Source of the DNA: Basidiobolus meristosporus CBS 931.73
Lineage: Eukaryota; Fungi; Basidiobolomycota
Direction: 5' to 3'
Length of the DNA stretch: 64,000 nucleotides
Assembly: GCA_002104905.1 (NCBI GenBank)
Contig: MCFE01000089.1
Coordinates: 1 to 64,000, forward strand
A model generated the notes under the pieces. That model saw only the letters and a list, made by a program, of their open reading frames with translations. It ran no database searches and was not told where the DNA came from. The position numbers and the translations under genes are program-made. Each line of letters opens with the position of its first letter. The first letter of the stretch is position 1. Positions 60,356 to 64,000 of the stretch are shown in pieces.

Positions 60356-63300
60356 TGTTGCAATTTATGAAGTGATTTGGATATAAGGAACTCATCTTGA
60401 AATAGTGATAATAGTTGAACTGTTGTTTATTCATAAAGAAGCTCAGTATTTATACCTTTGTAGAAGTAATACAGCTGTAACATCAAGTAGGGAGGGTTTC
60501 TTGATATTCAGGAGCATTCTGTAACAGTTTCAGGGTTAGTACATAATGTTTGGTAATAGTGCTAATTTGATCCTGACTATATGTGAATAATCATAAGATC
60601 TTGTATCTGGAGAAAGTGGCAAAGTTAAGGCAGTAAATGAGTCCTACTGTGACTAAGACTAGTCTAGAATTGTCAAGTAAATTTTTAGCTGCTGAATGAT
60701 ACCAAATAGTCTAATATCTCAACACTCCCCCTCAACTAAATAATTTCTTAATCCTAATTTCTCTCTAAGGATCTCAAACTGTGGCCTAGCTAGTGGTTTT
60801 GTCAATATGTCTGCCACCATTTTGTCAGTTGGGTAGTAAACTAACTCCACTAAGTTATTTTCTACAGCTTCCCTCACAAAGTGATGCTGTATATCAATGT
60901 GCTTAGTTCTGGTATGATCAGTAGGATTTCTAGCTAATGGAATACAACTTTGATTATCCTTGTAAATACATGTTGGCTCACCTGAATTAAAACCTAGGTC
61001 TTTGAATAATTTTTGTAGCCATATAGCCTCCTTAGTTGCTTGACATGCAGCCATATATTTGGCTTCAGTTGTAGATAGGACCACAGTTGGTTGTTTCTTG
61101 CAATTCCAAGTAATAGCTGCACCAGCATAAAGAAATACATAGCCTGTGGTAGAGCGTCTGTCAATCAGATCCCTACCCCAATCTGAATCACTATAACCAT
61201 CATATTTTTGCCTATTAGCTGCTCCAGAGTATTCCAGTACCATATTTATGGTACCTTTTAGATATGTGAAAATCCGCTTAACTGCTGCAATTTGATTTGA
61301 TCCATAATTCCGCATGAATTGACGGTCTATTCCAACTGCCACTGCAATATCTGGACGTGTAGACACCCTCAAGTACATTAGGCTACCAACCACTGATTGA
61401 TAGGGAAAGTTTTGGTCCATTTTTGAGCTGTTTTCATTCATAACTGGCTGAGATTTGCTTAATTTCAGGTTGTGGTCCATAGGGGCTGCTGCAGGTTTGC
61501 AATTTTCCATTTGAAGCATCTACAAATGTCCATAATGTACTTAGACTGATTCAGCACAATTTTCTACCTAGATATGTCAAATTTGATCTCAATTCTAAGA
61601 AAATAGCTCAATTTTCCAAGATCTTTCATCTCAAACTTGCTAAAGTGATCTGATTTTGTCTGTTTAAGTGCCTCTTGGTCACTTGTAGCTATAATTAGGT
61701 TGTCCACATAAAGAACTAGGATGATCACACCCTTTTGGAGCTGTTTCACATATATACTGTGATCTGTAGTGCTACAAGAGAACCCAATTTCCTCTAGATA
61801 TGTGTCAATCTTGCTATATCATGCTCTAGGTGCCTGCTTAACCATACAACAATTCTCTAAGTTTGCACACCTTATGGGGGCCTTTTGGATTAGTAAAACC
61901 TTCTGGTTGCTCCATATATATAGTTTCTTGCAAATCCCCATCTGGAAAGGCTGTTTTGACGTCCATTTAGTATAGATCTAGACTGTGTACAACTGCCAGG
62001 GCTAGAACTGTCCTAATAGAGCTAAATTTGGCAACTGGAGCAAATGTTTCCTTAAAGTCTAGTCCCTGGATCTGGGAATAGCCTTTAGCCACCAATCTAG
62101 CCTTGTACTTATCAATGGCACCATTTGAGGTTATCTTGATCTTGTAGACCCATCTATATCCTATAGGCTTTCTCCCATTTGGTAAATCTACCAGTTCCCA
62201 CATTTTTGCCTTGATCAGTGATTGGGACTCCTCCTGCATGGCTTGTTGCCACTTAGTAGCATCCGGAATTTGCATTGCCTGTTCCAGATTCTGAGGTTTG
62301 ACACATAAGGCAAGATAAGCTTCTTCATGATCATTGGATGTCTGCCACCAGGATCCAGGGGCGTTTCTTATTCTGGTAGATCTTCTAACTGGGATAATCT
62401 GTTCTGATCTGGAACTGGTAGAAGTATCTTTTGTATCTGACTGGATTTGGTACGTATCTTCTTCATTATTGTTGATTGCATCATCAGGCAGCTGGCCAAT
62501 GATTTCCGTGGCTTTCTGATCTGAATTCTTCTCAAATACAATGTCCCTGCTCTTGACCAGCTTCTAAATTCTGCCATCATACACTCTATACCCTTTAGTA
62601 TCATCACAATACCCAAGAATGATCCCTTTCCTGGTCTTTGGTTCAAGCTTTGAGCGTTTTTTGTCAGAGATGTGATAAAAAACATCCCTGCCAAAGATCT
62701 TGAGGTGCTGGAGATCTGGTTTTTTGCCTTTATATGCTTTAAAGGGTGTAGAATCACGTAGTGCTGTTTTTGGGCATCTGTTTTTGATGTATATAGCGGT
62801 AGCAACAGATTCAGCCCAAAACTTGTAGTCCATTCCCTTATCATGTAGCATAGATCTTCCCATCTCTACTATTGTTGTATTTGCATGTTCTGCTACTCCA
62901 TTTTGCTGTGGAGTATGAGGAACAACGGTCTGTTGAAGTATACCAGTAAATGAGCAGTATTTTGCAAACTCTTTTGAGCTGTATTCCCCTCCATTGTCAC
63001 TTTGTAATACCTTCAACTTACACCCAGTTTGTGTTTCTGTCATGTTCTTGAAGTGCTTAAATGTCTCTAAAGCTTCATCCTTTGTTTTGAGGAAGTACAC
63101 CCATGTATATCTTGTCTTGTCATCAAGAAACATCAGAGAGTATCTCTTGGCTCCAAAGGACAGTGTTCTCATGGGGCCACATATGTCTGAGTGTACAATA
63201 ACCAGTATTTTGGTGGTATTGATGCCTGAGCTCCTGAAACATTGCCTGGCTTGTTTGCCATATGAATATCCCTTACAGACATCCAATTTGATCAGAATTG

Positions 63301-64000
63301 TGTAATTTAGGCCCAAAACTAGTTGATTTTTCACCAATTGGCTCATTTTCTGTTCCCTTATGTGTCCTGGCCTCCTATGCCACATCTCCCAGTTGGTTTC
63401 ATCAGTTTCAGTAATGTTGACATGCTCAGGTACAATGATCTTGCATTGTAACTTGTATATATTGTGATCTCTGATTCCCAAAGTCAATTTTTGTCCATTT
63501 TCACTCAATATTAAGCAGCTCAGCTTAGTAAAAACAAATTTCAGTCCCTGAGTACTTGCTTTACTGACTGATAGTAGGTTCTTAGCTATTCCAGGTACAT
63601 AGAGCAAGTCAGTCAGTTTTGCTGCTGTTGCCCATGAGTTATCACTCATATTTAGTTGCATTGACCCACTGGTGGTAGCTTCCAATGCAGAGTTATCTCC
63701 CAGATAAACCTTTCTTACAGGTATAGTCTTTAAGTTGCTGAACCAGTTATTTATACCACAAATATGCTGTGATACTCCAGAGTCAATATACCATTCATTA
63801 ATATGGGTACTTGCACTCTCTTGTACAGTAACAAATAACTGTTCATCACTAGTTATATGGTTTGCCTGCTCTAGTTTCTGTTTTTTGTCTGCTTGTTTCT
63901 TCTTGCATTCTCTTGCCCAGTGTCCTGTCTTTTTACAGTAGTTACAGCAGCCAGGTTTTCTTTGGTTTTGTTGCTTTCCCTTCATTTCTGTGTGCCTTTC
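60356..64000 (-). mobile_element. Copia family D element D2 (most intact; runs off the window): knuckle, protease, integrase, RT, RNase H, PPT, 3' LTR (60356-60724)
   Basis: CNYCKKTGHWAREC; WYIDSGVSQH; VHSDICGPM...FLDDKTRY...SDNGGEY...QQNGVAEH; YKARLVAKGYSQ..G.DF.ETFAPVAK; LYVDNL; YSDSDWG...RRSTTGY...RTKHIDI; PPT GAGGGGGAG before the TGTTG...CAACA LTR. Confidence 0.95.

Noticed and set aside
1-64000. tRNA, rRNA, CRISPR arrays, telomeric repeats
   Set aside because: No T-loop/cloverleaf, rRNA-like, repeat-spacer or tandem TTAGGG pattern seen by eye; tRNAscan-SE and Infernal would be needed to exclude small RNAs.

Overview
Eukaryotic, fungal-type DNA with short GT-AG introns (about 55-125 nt). 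It probably comes from an early-diverging fungus (Zoopagomycota/Mucoromycota-like); this is inference from protein style and intron size, not a database result. The window has two compartments. (1) About 1.9-36.2 kb is gene-rich and CpG-normal: a five-exon alpha-SNAP/Sec17-like gene with an unexpected N-terminal membrane anchor, a tail-to-tail pair of ZIP zinc transporters with ZRE-like promoter motifs, FBP1, a divergent Ras2-type GTPase, a class I RNA 3'-phosphate cyclase, VAM7, RPL42, PUS1, a small mitochondrial-type RRM protein, a tail-to-tail pair of PTR2/POT peptide transporters and PEX13. PiggyBac and DIRS-like relics are interspersed, the last at about 36.6-39.3 kb. (2) About 40-64 kb is a nest of decayed Ty1/Copia (two families, half-tRNA-iMet PBS), Ty3/Gypsy and En/Spm-like elements, almost devoid of CpG and with a sharp boundary near 40.0 kb. 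I recognised no tRNA, rRNA or CRISPR array. Exon structures were derived by hand from splice signals and frame continuity.
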